64,000 bases of DNA from Eledone cirrhosa (lineage: Eukaryota). Shown here piece after piece: positions 1-11,326 of the stretch (its first letter is position 1; every line of letters begins with the position of its first letter). The DNA lies in the NCBI GenBank assembly GCA_964016885.1, contig OZ024744.1, positions 131,254,001 through 131,318,000 of the forward strand, in the 5' to 3' direction. A program made the translations under genes and the position numbers. The notes under the pieces were generated by a model, which saw only the letters and a list, made by a program, of their open reading frames with translations, did no database searches and was not told where the DNA came from.

Positions 1-2830
1 AATTAAGTTGTGGTTGAGTTAAGTTGGGGTTAATTTAAGTTGGGGCTAAGTTAATTTGTGGTTAAGTTAAGTTGGGGTTAAGTTAAGTTGGGGTTAAGTT
101 AAGTCGGGGTAAGTTAAGTCGGGGTTAAGTTAAGTTAGGGTTAAGTTAAGTTGGGGTTAAGTTAAGTTGGGGTTGAGTTAAGTTGGGGTTGAGTTAAATT
201 GGGGTTGAGTTAAGTTGGTGTTGAGTTAAGTTGGTGTTGAGTTAAGTTGGGGTTAAGTTAAGTTGGGGTTAAGTTAAGTTGCGGTTAAGTTAAGTTGAGG
301 TTAAGTTAAGTTGGGGTTAACTTAAGTGTGGGTTAAGTTAAGTTGGGGTTAAGTTAAGTTGGGGTTAAGTTAAGTTGGTGTTAAGTTAAATTGGGGTTGA
401 GTTAAGTTGGGGCTGAGTTAAGTTGGGGCTGAGTTAAGTTGTGGTTCAGTTAAGTTGGGGTTGAGTTAAGTTGCGGTTAAGTTAAGTTGGGGTTAAGTTA
501 AGTTGGGGTTATGTTAAGTTGGGGTTAAGGTAGGTTGGGGTTAAGTTAAGTTGGGGTTGAGTTAAGTTGGGGTTGAGTTAAATTGGGGTTGAGTTAAGTT
601 GGGGTTGAGTTAAGTTGGTGTTGAGTTAAGTTGGGGTTAAGTTAAGTTGGGGTTAAGTTAAGTTGCGGTTAAGTTAAGTTGGGGTTAAGTTAAGTTGGGG
701 TTAAGTTAAGTTGGGGTTAAGTTAAGTTGGGGTTAAGTTAAGTTGGTGTTAAGTTAAGTTGGGGCTGAGTTAAGTTGGGGCTGAGTTAAGTTGGGGCTGA
801 GTTAAGTTGGGGTTCAGTTAAGTTGGGGTTAAGTTAAGTTGGGGTTATGTTAAGTTGGGGTTTAGTTAAGTTGGGGTTCATTTAAGTTGGGGTTAAGTTA
901 AGTTTAGGTTAAGTTGGGGTTAAATTAATTTGGGGTTAAGTTAAGTTGGGGTTAAGTTAAGTTGGGGTTAATTTAAGTTGGGGTTAATTTAAGTTGGGGT
1001 TAAGTTAAGTTGCGGGTAATTTAAGTTGGGGTTAAGTTAAGTTGGGGTTAAGTTAAGTTGGGGTTAAGTTAAGTTGGGGTTAAGTTAAGTTTGGGTTAAG
1101 TTAAGTTGGGGCTAATTTAAGTTGGGGCTGAGTTAAGTTGGGGTTAAGTTAAGTTGGGGTTAAGTTAATTTGGGGTTAAGTTGGGGTTAAGTTAAGTTGG
1201 GGTTTATTTAAGTTGGGGTTAAGTTAAGTTGGGGTTCAGTTAAGTTGGGGTTCAGTTAAGTTGGGGTTAAGTTAAGTTGGGGTTAAGTTAAGTTGGTTAG
1301 TTAAGTTGAGGTTAAGTTAAGTTGGGGTTAAGTTAAGTTGGGGTTAAGTTAAGTTGGGGTTAATTTAAGTTAGGGTTAAGTTAAGTTGGGGTTCAGTTAA
1401 GTTGGGGTTAAGTCAAGTTGGGGTTAAGTTGGGGTTAAATTAAGTTGGGGCTAAGTTAAGTTGGGGCTAAGTTAAGTTGGGGCTAAGTTAAGTTGGGGTT
1501 CAGTTAAGTTGGGGTTAAGTTAAGTTTGGGTTAAGTTGGGGTTAAATTAAGTTGGGGTTAAGTTAAGTTGGGGTTTAGTTAAGTTGGGGTTAATTTAAGT
1601 TGCGGTTAATTTAAGTTGCGGTTAAGTTAAGTTGGGGTTAAGTTAAGTGGTGGTTATGTTAAGTTGGGGTTAAGTTAAGTTGGGGTTAATTTAAATTGGG
1701 GTTAAGTTAACTTTGTGGTTAAGTTAAGTTGGGGTTAAGTTAAGTTGGGGTTAAGTTAAGTTGGGGTTGCGTTAAGTCGGGGTTGAGTGAAGTTGGGGTT
1801 AAGTTAAGTTGGGGTTAATTTAAGTTGGGGTTAAGTTAAGTCGGGCTTAAGTTAAGTTGGGGTTAAGTTAATTTGGGGTTAAGTTAAGTTGGGGTTAAGT
1901 TAAGTTGGGGTTGAGTTAAGTTGGGGTTGAGTTAATTTAGGGTTAAGTTAAGTTGGGGTTAAGTTAAGTTGGGTTTAAGTTAAGTTGGGGTTAAATTAAG
2001 TTGGGGTTAAATTAAGTTGGGGTTAAGTTAAGTTGGGGGTAAGTTAAGTTGGGGGCAAGTTAAGTTGGGGTTAAGTTAAGTTGGGGTTAAATTAAGTTGG
2101 GGTTAAGTTTAGTTGGTGTTAAGTTAAGTTGGGGTTTATTTAAGTTGGGGTTAATTAAGTTGGGGCTGAGTTAAGTTGGGGCTGAATTAAGTTGGGGTTA
2201 AGTTAAGTTGGGGTTGAGTTAAGTTGGGGTTAAGTTAAGTTGGGGTTAAGTTAAGTTGGGGTTCAGTTAAGTTGGGGTTAAGTTGGGGTTAAATTAATTT
2301 GGGGTTAAGTTAAGTTGGGGTTTAGTTTAGTTGGGGTTAAATTAAGTTGGGGTTAATTTAAGTTGGGGTTAAGTTAAGTTGCGGGTAATTTAAGTTGGGG
2401 TTAAGTTAAGTTGGGGTTAAGTTAAGTTGGGGTTAAGTTAAGTTGGGGTTAAGTTAAGTTGGGGGTAAGTTAAGTTGGGGGTAAGTTAAGTTGGGGTTAA
2501 GTTAAGTTGGGGTTAAGTTAAGTTAGGGTTAAGTTAAGTTGGGGTTGAGTTAAGTTGGGGTTAAGTTAAGTTGGGGTTATGTTAAGTTGGGGTTAAGTTA
2601 AGTTGGTTCGTTAAGTTGAGTTTAAGTTAAGTGGGGTTAATTTAAGTTGGGGTTAAGTTAAGTTGGGGTTAAGTTAAGTTGGGGTTAAGTTAAGTTGGGG
2701 TTAAGTTAAGTTGGGGTTCAGTTAAGTTGGGGTTAAGTCAAGTTGGGGTTAAGTTAAGTTGGGGTTATGTTAAGTTGGGGTTAAGTTAAGTTGGGGTTAA
2801 GTTAATTTGTGGTTAAGTTAAGTTGTGGTT

Positions 2831-3223
2831 AACCCCAACTTCACTCAACCCCACCTTAACTCAACCCCAACTTAACTTAAGCCCAACTTCACTCAACCCC
2901 AACTTAACTTAACCCCAACTTCACTCAACCCCAACTTAACTCAACCCCAACTTAACTTAACCCCAACTTAACTTAACCCTAACTTAACTTAACCCCAACT
3001 TAACTTAACTTCGACTTAACTTAACCCCAACTTAACTTAACCCCAACTTAACTTAACCCCAACTTAACTTAACCACAAATTAACTTAACCCCAACTTAAA
3101 TTAACCCCAACTTAAATTAACCCCAACTTAACTTAACCCCAACTTAACTTAACCCCAACTTAAATTAACCCCAACTTGACTTAACCCCAAATTAACTTAA
3201 CCCCAACTTAACTTAACCCCAAA
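2831..3223 (-). repeat. Inverted satellite island type A (393 bp)
   Basis: Switch to AACCCCAACTTAACTT at GTGGTT|AACCCC and back at CCCCAAATTCGGGG. Markers CCCCACCTT, AAGCCC, TTCGAC. Confidence 0.95.
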
Positions 3224-4211
3224 TTCGGGGTTAAGTTAAGTTGGGGTTAAATTAAGTTAGGCTTAACTTAAGTTGGGGTTAAGTTAATTTGGGGTTAAGT
3301 TCGGGTTAAGTTAAGTTAGGGTTAAGTTAAGTTGGGGTTGAGTTAAGTTGGGGTTAAGTTAAGTTGGGGTTAAGTTAAGTTGGGGTCAAGTTAAGTTGGG
3401 GTTAAAATTAAGTTGGGGTTAAATCAAGTTGGGGTTAAGTTAAAGTGGGGTTAATTTAGTTGGGGTTAAGTTAAGTTGGGGCTAAGTTAAGTTGGGGCTA
3501 AGTTAAGTTGGGACTAAGTTAAGTTGGGGTTAAGTTAAGTTGGGGTTAAGTTAAGTTGGGGTTAATTTAAGTTGGGATTGAGTTAAGTTGGGGTTAAGTT
3601 AAGTTGGGGTTATATTAAGTTGAGGTTAAGTTAAGTTGGGGTTAAGTTAAGTTGGGGTTCAGTTAAGTTGCGGTTAAGTTAAGTTGGGGTTAAGTTAAGT
3701 TGGGGTTAAGTTAAGTTGGGGTTAAGTTAAGTTGGGGTCAAGTTAAGTTGGGGTTAAGTTAAGTTGGGGTTAAATTAAGTTGGGGTTAATTTAAGTTGGG
3801 GTTAATTTAAGCTGGGGTTAAGTTAAGTTGGGGATAATTTAAGTTGGGGATAAGTTAAGTTGGGGTTAAGTTAAGTTGGGTTTAAGTTAAGTTGGGGTTA
3901 AGTTAAGTTGCGGTTAAGTTAAGTTGGTTAGTTAAGTTGAGTTTAAGTTAAGTTGGGGTTAATTTAAGTTGGGGTTAAGTTACGTTGGGGTTAAGTTAAG
4001 TTGGGGCTAAGTTAAGTTGGGGTTCAGTTAAGTTGGGGTTAAATCAATTTGGGGTTAAGTTGGGGTTAAATTAATTTGGGGTTAAGTTAAGTTGGGGTTA
4101 AGTTAAGTTGGGGTTAAGTTAAGTTGGGGTTAAGTTAAGTTGGGGTTAAGTTAAGTTGGAGTTAAGTTAAGTTTGGGTTGAGTTAAGTTGGGGTTGAGTT
4201 AAATTGGGGTT

Positions 4212-4700
4212 AACTCCAACTTAAGTTAACCCCAACTTAACTTAACCCCAACTTCACTCAACCCCAACTTAACTTAACCCCAACTTCACTCAACCCCAAC
4301 TTAACTCAACCCCAACCTAACTTAACCCCAACTTCACTCAACCCCAACTTATCTTAACCCCAACTTCACTCAACCCCAACTTAACTCAACCCCAACTTAA
4401 CTTAACCCCAACTTAACTTAACCCTAACTTAACTTAACCCCGACTTAACTTAACCTCGACTTAACTTAACCCCAACTTAATTTAACCCCAACTTAACTTA
4501 ACCCCAACTTAACTTAACCACAAATTAACTTAACCCCAACTTCAATTAACTCCAACTTAACTTAACCCCAACTTAACTTAACCCCAACTTAACTTAACCC
4601 CAACTTAACTCACACCCAACTTACCTTACCCCCAACTTAACTTAACCCCAACTTGACTTAACCCCAACTTAACTTAACCCCAACTTAACTTAACCCCAAA
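4212..4700 (-). repeat. Inverted satellite island type B (489 bp)
   Basis: Starts GGGGTT|AACTCCAACTTAAGTTAACCCC and ends CCCCAAATTCGGGG. Markers CCTAAC, TTATCTT, CCTCGAC, CTCACACCC. Confidence 0.95.
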
Positions 4701-6849
4701 TTCGGGGTTAAGTTATGTTGGGGTTAAGTTAACTTAGGCCTAACTTAAGTTGGAGTTAAGTTAAGTTGGGGGTAAGTTAAGTTGGGGGTAAGTTAAGTTG
4801 GGGTTAAGTTAAGTTGGGGTTAAGTTGGGGTTAAGTTAAGTTAGGGTTAAGTTAAGTTGGGGTTGAGTTAAGTTGGGGTTAAGTTAAGTGGTGGTTATGT
4901 TAAGTTGGGGTGAAGTTAACTGGGGTTAATTTAAATTGGTGTTAAGTTAACTTTGTGGTTAAGTTAAGTTGGGGTTAAGTTAAGTTGGGGTTAAGTTAAG
5001 TTGGGGTTGAGTTAAGTTGGGGTTGAGTGAAGTTGGGGTTAAGTTAAGTTGGGGTTAATTTAAGTTGGGGTTAAGTTAAATCGGAGTTAAGTTAAGTTGG
5101 GGTTGAGTTAAGTTGGCGTTAATTTAAGTTGGGGCTAAGTTAAGTTGGGGTTAAGTTAAGTTGAGGTTAAGTTAAGTTGGGGTTGAGTTAAGTTGGGGTT
5201 GAGTTAATTTGGGGTTAAGTTAAGTTGGGGTTAAGTTAAGTTGGGTTTAAGTTAAGTTGGGGTTAAATTAAGTTGGGGTTAAATTAAGTTGGGGTTAAGT
5301 TAAGTTGGGGGTAAGATAAGTTGGGAGCAAGTTAAGTTGGGGTTAAGTTAAGTTGGGGTTAAATTAAGTTGGGGTTAAGTTAAGTTGGGGTTATATTAAG
5401 TTGGGGTTAAGTTAAGTTGGGGTTAAGTTAAGTTGGGGTTCAGTTAAGTTGCGGTTAAGTTAAGTTGGGGTTAAGTTAAGTTGGGGTTAAGTTAAGTTGG
5501 GGTCAAGTTAAGTTGGGGTTATGTTAAGTTGGGGTTTAGTTAAGTTGGTGTTCATTTAAGTTGGGGTTAAGTTAAGTTTGGGTTAAGTTGGGGTTAAATT
5601 AAGTTGGGGTTAAGTTAAGTTGGGGTTAAGTTAAGTTGGGGTTAAGTTAAGTTGGGGTTAAGTTAAGTTGGGGTTAATTTAAGTTGGGGTTAAGTTAAGT
5701 TGCGGGTAATTTAAGTTGGGGTTAAGTTAAGTTGGGGTTAAGTTAAGTTGGGGTTAAGTTAAGTTGGGGTTAAGGTAAGTTGGGGTTAAGTTAAATTGGG
5801 GCTAAGTTAAGTTGGGGCTGAGTTAAGTTGGGGTTAAGTTAAGTTGGGGTTAAGTTAAGTTGGGGTTAAGTTAAGTTGGGGTTAAGTTAAGTTGGGGTTG
5901 AGTTAAGTTGGGGTTAAGTTAAGTAGGGGTAAGTTAAGTTGGGGTTCAGTTAAGTTGGGGTTAAGTTAAGTTGGGGTTAAGTTAAGTTGGGGTTAAGTTA
6001 AGTCGGGGTTAAGTTAAGTCGGGGTTAAGTTAAGTTAGGGTTAAGTTAAGTTGGAGTTAAGTTAAGTTGGGGTTGAGTTAAGTTGGGGTTGAGTTAAATT
6101 GGGGTTGAGTTAAGTTGGGGTTGAGTTAAGTTGGTGTTGAGTTAAGTTGGGGTTAAATTGAGTTGGGGTTAAATTAAGTTGGGGTTAAGTAAATTTGGGG
6201 GTAAGTTAAGTTGGGGGCAAGTTAAGTTGGGGCTAATTTAAGTTGGGGTTAAATTAAGTTGGGGTTACGTTAAGTTGGTGTTAAGTTAAGTTGGGGTTAA
6301 TTTAAGTTGGGGTTAATTAAGTTAGGGTTAAGTTAAGTTGGGGTTAAGTTAAGTTGGGGTTAATTTAAGTTGGGGTTGAGTTAAGTTAGGGTTAAGTTAA
6401 GTTGGGGTTATATTAAGTTGGGGTTAAGTTAAGTTGGGGTTAAGTTAAGTTGGGGTTCAGTTAAGTTGCGGTTAAGTTAAGTTGGGGTTAAGTTAAGTTG
6501 GGGTTAAGTTAAGTTGGGGTTAAGTTAAGTTGGAGTCAAGTTAAGTTGGGGTTAAGTTAAGTTGGGGTTAAGTTAAGTTGGTTAGTTAAGTTGAGTTTAA
6601 GTTAAGTTGGGGTTAATTTAAGTTGGGGTTAAGTTAAGTTGGGGTTAAGTTAAGTTGGGGTTAAGTTAAGTTGGGGTTAAGTTAAGTTGGGGTTCAGTTA
6701 AGTTGGGGTTAAGTCAAGTTGGGGTTAATTTGGGGTTAAATTAATTTGGGGTTAAGTTAAGTTGGGGTTAAGTTAAGTTGGGGTTATGTTAAGTTGGGGT
6801 TAAGTTAAGTTGGGTTTAAGTTAATTCGTGGTTAAGTTAAGTTGTGGTT

Positions 6850-7210
6850 AACCCCAACTTCACTCAACCCCACCTTAACTCAACCCCAACTTAACTTAAC
6901 CCCAACTTCACTCAACCCCAACTTAACTTAACCCCAACTTCACTCAACCCCAACTTAAATCAACCCCAACTTAACATAACCCCAACTTAACTTAACCCTA
7001 ACTTAACTTAACCCCGACTTAACTTAACTTCGAATTAACTTAACCCCAACTTAACTTAACCCCAACTTAACTTAACCCCAACTTAACTTAACCACAAATT
7101 AACTTAACCCCAACTTAACTCACACCCAACTTAACTTACCCCCAACTTAACTTAACCCCAACTTGACTTAACCCCAAATTAACTTAACCCCAACTTAACT
7201 TAACCCCAAA
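6850..7210 (-). repeat. Inverted satellite island type C (361 bp)
   Basis: GTGGTT|AACCCC to CCCCAAATTCGGGG. Markers AACATAAC, TTCGAATT, CTCACACCC. Confidence 0.95.
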
Positions 7211-7803
7211 TTCGGGGTTAAGTTAAGTTGGGGTTAAGTTAAGTTAGGCTTAACTTAAGTTGGGGTTAAGTTAAGTTGGGGGTAAGTTAAGTTCTGGGTA
7301 AGTTAAGTTGGGGTTAAGTTAAGTTGGGGTTAAGTTGGGGTTAAGTTAAGTTAGGGTTAAGTTAAGTTGGGGTTGAGTTAAGTTGGGGTTAAGTTAAGTT
7401 AGGGTTAATTTAAGTTGGGGCTAAGTTAAGTTGGGGCTGAGTTAAGTTGGGGTTAAGTTAAGTTGGGGTTAAGTTAAGTTGGGGATAAGTTAAGTTGGGG
7501 TTAAGTTAAGTTGGGGTTTATTTAAGTTGGGGTTAATTTAAGTTGGGGTTCAGTTAAGTTGGGGTTAAGTTAAGTTGGGGTTAAGTTAAGTTGGGGTTAA
7601 GTTAAGTTGGTGTTAAGTTAAGTTGGGTTTAAGTTAAGTTGGGGTTAAGTTAAGTTGGGGTCAAGTTAAGTTGGGGTTAAGTTAAGTTGGTTAGTTAAGT
7701 TGAGTTTAAGTTAAGTTGGGGTTAATTTATGTTGGGGTTAAGTTAAGTTGGGGTTAAGTTAAGTTGGGGTTAAGTTAAGTTGGGGTTAAGTTAAGTTGGG
7801 GTT

Positions 7804-8004
7804 AACCCCAACTTAACTTAACCCCAACTTCACTCAACCCCAACGTAACTCAACCCCAACTTAACTTAACCCCAACTTCACTCAACCCCAACTTAACTTA
7901 ACCCCAACTTCACTCAACCCCAACTTAAGTCAACCCCAACTTAACTTAACCCCAACTTGACTTAACCCCAACTTAACTTAGCACCAACTTAACTTAAGCC
8001 CAAA
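7804..8004 (-). repeat. Inverted satellite island type D (201 bp)
   Basis: GGGGTT|AACCCC to GCCCAAAGCCGGGG. Markers AACGTAAC, TAGCACC. Confidence 0.95.
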
Positions 8005-8264
8005 GCCGGGGTTAAGTTAAGTTGGCGTTAAGTTAAGTTAGGCTTAACTTAAGTTGGGGTTCAGTTAAGTTGGGGGTAAGTTAAGTTGGGGGTAAGTTAA
8101 GTTGGGGTTCAGTTAAGTTGGGGTTAAGTCAAGTTGGGGTTAAGTTGGGGTTAAATTAAGTTGGGGTTAAGTTAAGTTGGGGTCAAGTTAAGTTAGGGTT
8201 AAGTTAAGTTGGGGTTAAGTTAAGTTGGGGTTAAGTTAATTTGTGGTTAAGTTAAGTTGGGGTT

Positions 8265-8465
8265 AACCCCAACTTAACTTAACCCCAACTTCACTCAAAC
8301 CCAACTTAACTCAACCCCAACTTAACTTAACCCCAGCTTCACTCAACCCCAACTTAACTTAACCCCAACTTCACTCAACCCCAACTTAACTCCACCGCAA
8401 CTTAACTTAACCCCAACTTGACTTAGCCCCAACTTAACTTAACCCCAACTTAACTTAACCCAAAA
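8265..8465 (-). repeat. Inverted satellite island type E (201 bp, diverged copy)
   Basis: GGGGTT|AACCCC to CCCAAAAGTCGGGG. Markers CAAACCC and CCAGCTTC, plus private CTCCACCGC. Confidence 0.95.
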
Positions 8466-11182
8466 GTCGGGGTTAAGTTAAGTTGGGGGTAAGTTAAGTT
8501 GGGATTAAGTTAAGTTGCGGTTAAGTTGGGGTTAAGTTAAGTTGGGGTTAAGTTAAGTCGGGGTAAGTTAAGTCGGGGTTAAGTTAAGTTAGGGTTAAGT
8601 TAAGTTGGGGTTAAGTTAAAGTTGGGGTTGAGTTAAGTTGCGGTTGAGTTAAATTGGGGTTGAGTTAAGTTGGGGTTGAGTGAAGTTGGTGTTGAGTTAA
8701 GTTGGGGTTAAGTTAAGTTGGGGTTAAGTTATGTTGCGGTTAAGTTAAGTTGAGTTTAAGTTAAGTTGGGGTTAACTTAAGTGTGGGTTAAGTTCAGTTG
8801 GGGTTAAGTTAAGTTGGGGTTGAGTTAAGTTGGGGTTGAGTTAAATTGGGGTTGAGTTAAGTTGGGGTTGAGTTAAGTTGGTGTTGAATTAAGTTGGGGT
8901 TAGGTTAAGTTGGGGTTAAGTTAAGTTGCGGTTAAGTTAAGTTGAGGTTAAGTTAAGTTGGGGTTAACTTAAGTGTGGATTAAGTTAAGTTGGGGTTAAG
9001 TTAAGTTGGGGTTAAGTTAAGTTGGTGTTAAGTTAAGTTGGGGCTGAGTTAAGTTGGGGCTGAGTTAAGTTGGGGCTGAGTTAAGTTGGGGTTCAGTTAA
9101 GTTGGGGTTGAGTTAAGTTGCGGTTAAGTTAAGTTGGGGTTAAGTTAAGTTGGGGTTATGTTAAGTTGGGGTTAAGGTAGGTTGGGGTTAAGTTAATTTG
9201 GGGTTGAGTTAAGTTGGGGTTGAGTTAAATTGGGGTTGAGTTAAGTTGGGGTTGAGTTAAGTTGGTGTTGAGTTAAGTTGGGGTTAAGTTAAGTTGGGGT
9301 TAAGTTAAGTTGCGATTAAGTTAAGTTGAGGTTAAGTTAAGTTGGGGTTAACTTAAGTGTGGGTTAAGTTAAGTTAAGGTTAAGTTAAGTTGGGGTTAAG
9401 TTAAGTTGGGGTTAAGTTAAGTTGGGGTTAAGTTAAGTTGGTGTTAAGTTAAGTTGGGGCTGAGTTAAGTTGGGGCTGAGTTAAGTTGGGGCTGAGTTAA
9501 GTTGGGGTTCAGTTAAGTTGGGGTTGAGTTAAGTTGCGGTTAAGTTAAGTTGGGGTTAAGTTAAGTTGGGGTTATGTTAAGTTGGGGTTTAGTTAAGTTG
9601 GGGTTCATTTAAGTTGGGGTTAAGTTAAGTTTAGGTTAAGTTGGGGTTAAATTAATTTGGGGTTAAGTTAAGTTGGGGTTAAGTTAAGTTGGGGTTAATT
9701 TAAGTTGGGGTTAATTTAAGTTGGGGTTAAGTTAAGTTGCGGGTAATTTAAGTTGGGGTTAAGTTAAGTTGGGGTTAAGTTAAGTTGGGGTTAAGTTAAG
9801 TTGGGGTTAAGTTAAGTTTGGGTTAAGTTAAGTTGGGGCTAATTTAAGTTGGGGCTGAGTTAAGTTGGGGTTAAGTTAAGTTGGGGTTAAGTTAATTTGG
9901 GGTTAAGTTGGGGTTAAGTTAAGTTGCGGTTTATTTAAGTTGGGGTTAAGTTAAGTTGGGGTTCAGTTAAGTTGGGGTTCAGTTAAGTTGGGGTTAAGTT
10001 AAGTTGGGGTTAAGTTAAGTTGGTTAGTTAAGTTGAGGTTAAGTTAAGTTGGGGTTAAGTTAAGTTGGGGTTAAGTTAAGTTGGGGTTAATTTAAGTTGG
10101 GGCTAAGTTAAGTTGGGGCTAAGTTAAGTTGGAGCTAAGTTAAGTTGGGTTTAAGTTAAGGTGGGGTTAAGTTAAGTTGAGGTTAAGTTAAGTTGGGGTT
10201 AAGTTAAGTTGGTGTTAAGTTAAGTTGGGGCTGAGTTAAGTTGGGGCTGAGTTAAGTTGGGGCTGAGTTAAGTTGGGGTTGAGTTAAGTTGGGGTTGAGT
10301 TACGTTGCGGTTAAGTTAAGTTGGGGTTAAGTTAAGTTGGGGTTATGTTAAGTTGGGGTTAAGTTAAGTTGGGGTTGAGTTAAGTTGGGGTTGAGTTAAA
10401 TTGGGGTTGAGTTAAGTTGGGGTTGAGTTAAGTTGGTGTTGAGTTAAGTTGGGATTAAGTTAAGTTGGGGTTAAGTTAAGTTGCGGTTAAGTTAAGGTGA
10501 GGTTAAGTTAAGTTGGGGTTAACTTAAGTTGGGGTTAAGTTAAGTTGGGGTTAAGTTAAGTTGGGGTTAAGTTAAGTTGGTGTTAAGTTAAGTTGGGGCT
10601 GAGTTAAGTTGGGGCTGAGTTAAGTTGGGGCTGAGTTAAGTTGGGGTTCAGTTAAGTTGGGGTTGAGTTAAGTTGCGGTTAATTTAAGTTGGGGTTAAGT
10701 TAAGTTGGAGCTCATTTAAGTTGGGGTTAAGTTAAGTTGGGGTTAAGTTGGGGTTAAATTAATTTGGGGTTAAGTTAAGTTGGGGTTAAGTTAAGTTGGG
10801 GTTAAGTTAAGTTGGGGTTAATTTAAGTTGGGGTTAATTTAAGTTGCGGGTAATTTAAGTTGGGGTTAAGTTAAGTTGGGGTTAAGTTAAGTTGGGGTTA
10901 AGTTAAGTTGGGGTTAAGTTAAGTTGGGTTTAAGTTAAGTTGGGGCTGAGTTAAGTTGGGGTTAATTTAAGTTGGGGTTAAGTTAAGTTGGGGTTAAGTT
11001 AAGTTGGGGTTTATTTAAGTTGGGGTTAAGTTAAGTTGGGGTTCAGTTAAGTTGGGGTTCAGTTAAGTTGGGGTTAAGTTAAGTTGGGGTTAAGATGGGG
11101 TTAAATTAAGTTGGGGTTAAGTTAAGTTGGGGTTAAGTTAAGTTGGGGTTAAGTTAAGTTGGGGTTAAGTTAAGTTGGGGTT

Positions 11183-11326
11183 AACCCCAACTTAACTTAA
11201 CCGCAACTTCACTCAACCCCAACGTAACTCAGCCCCAACTTAACTTAACCCCAACTTCACACAACCCCAACTTCCAACTTGACTTAACCCCAACTTAACT
11301 TAGCCCCAACTTAACTTAAGCCCAAA
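11183..11326 (-). repeat. Inverted satellite island type F (short form, 144 bp)
   Basis: GGGGTT|AACCCC to GCCCAAAGTCGGGG. Markers ACCGCAAC, CTCAGCCCC, CTTCCAAC. Confidence 0.95.

Noticed and set aside
135-140. Canonical TTAGGG/TTAGG telomere tract
   Set aside because: These occur only as isolated single-base variants of TTGGGG, never in tandem.
2831-3223. Islands as piggyBac-type or MITE insertions at TTAA
   Set aside because: The left junction is at a TTAA but the right is not. There is no target-site duplication, distinct terminal repeat or non-satellite sequence. Islands are copied together with their flanks, so they do not move independently.
7777-7830. Rho-independent terminators, tRNA or other structured ncRNA at the palindromes
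   Set aside because: There is no gene context, U-tract or conserved RNA motif. The symmetry is explained by inverted satellite.
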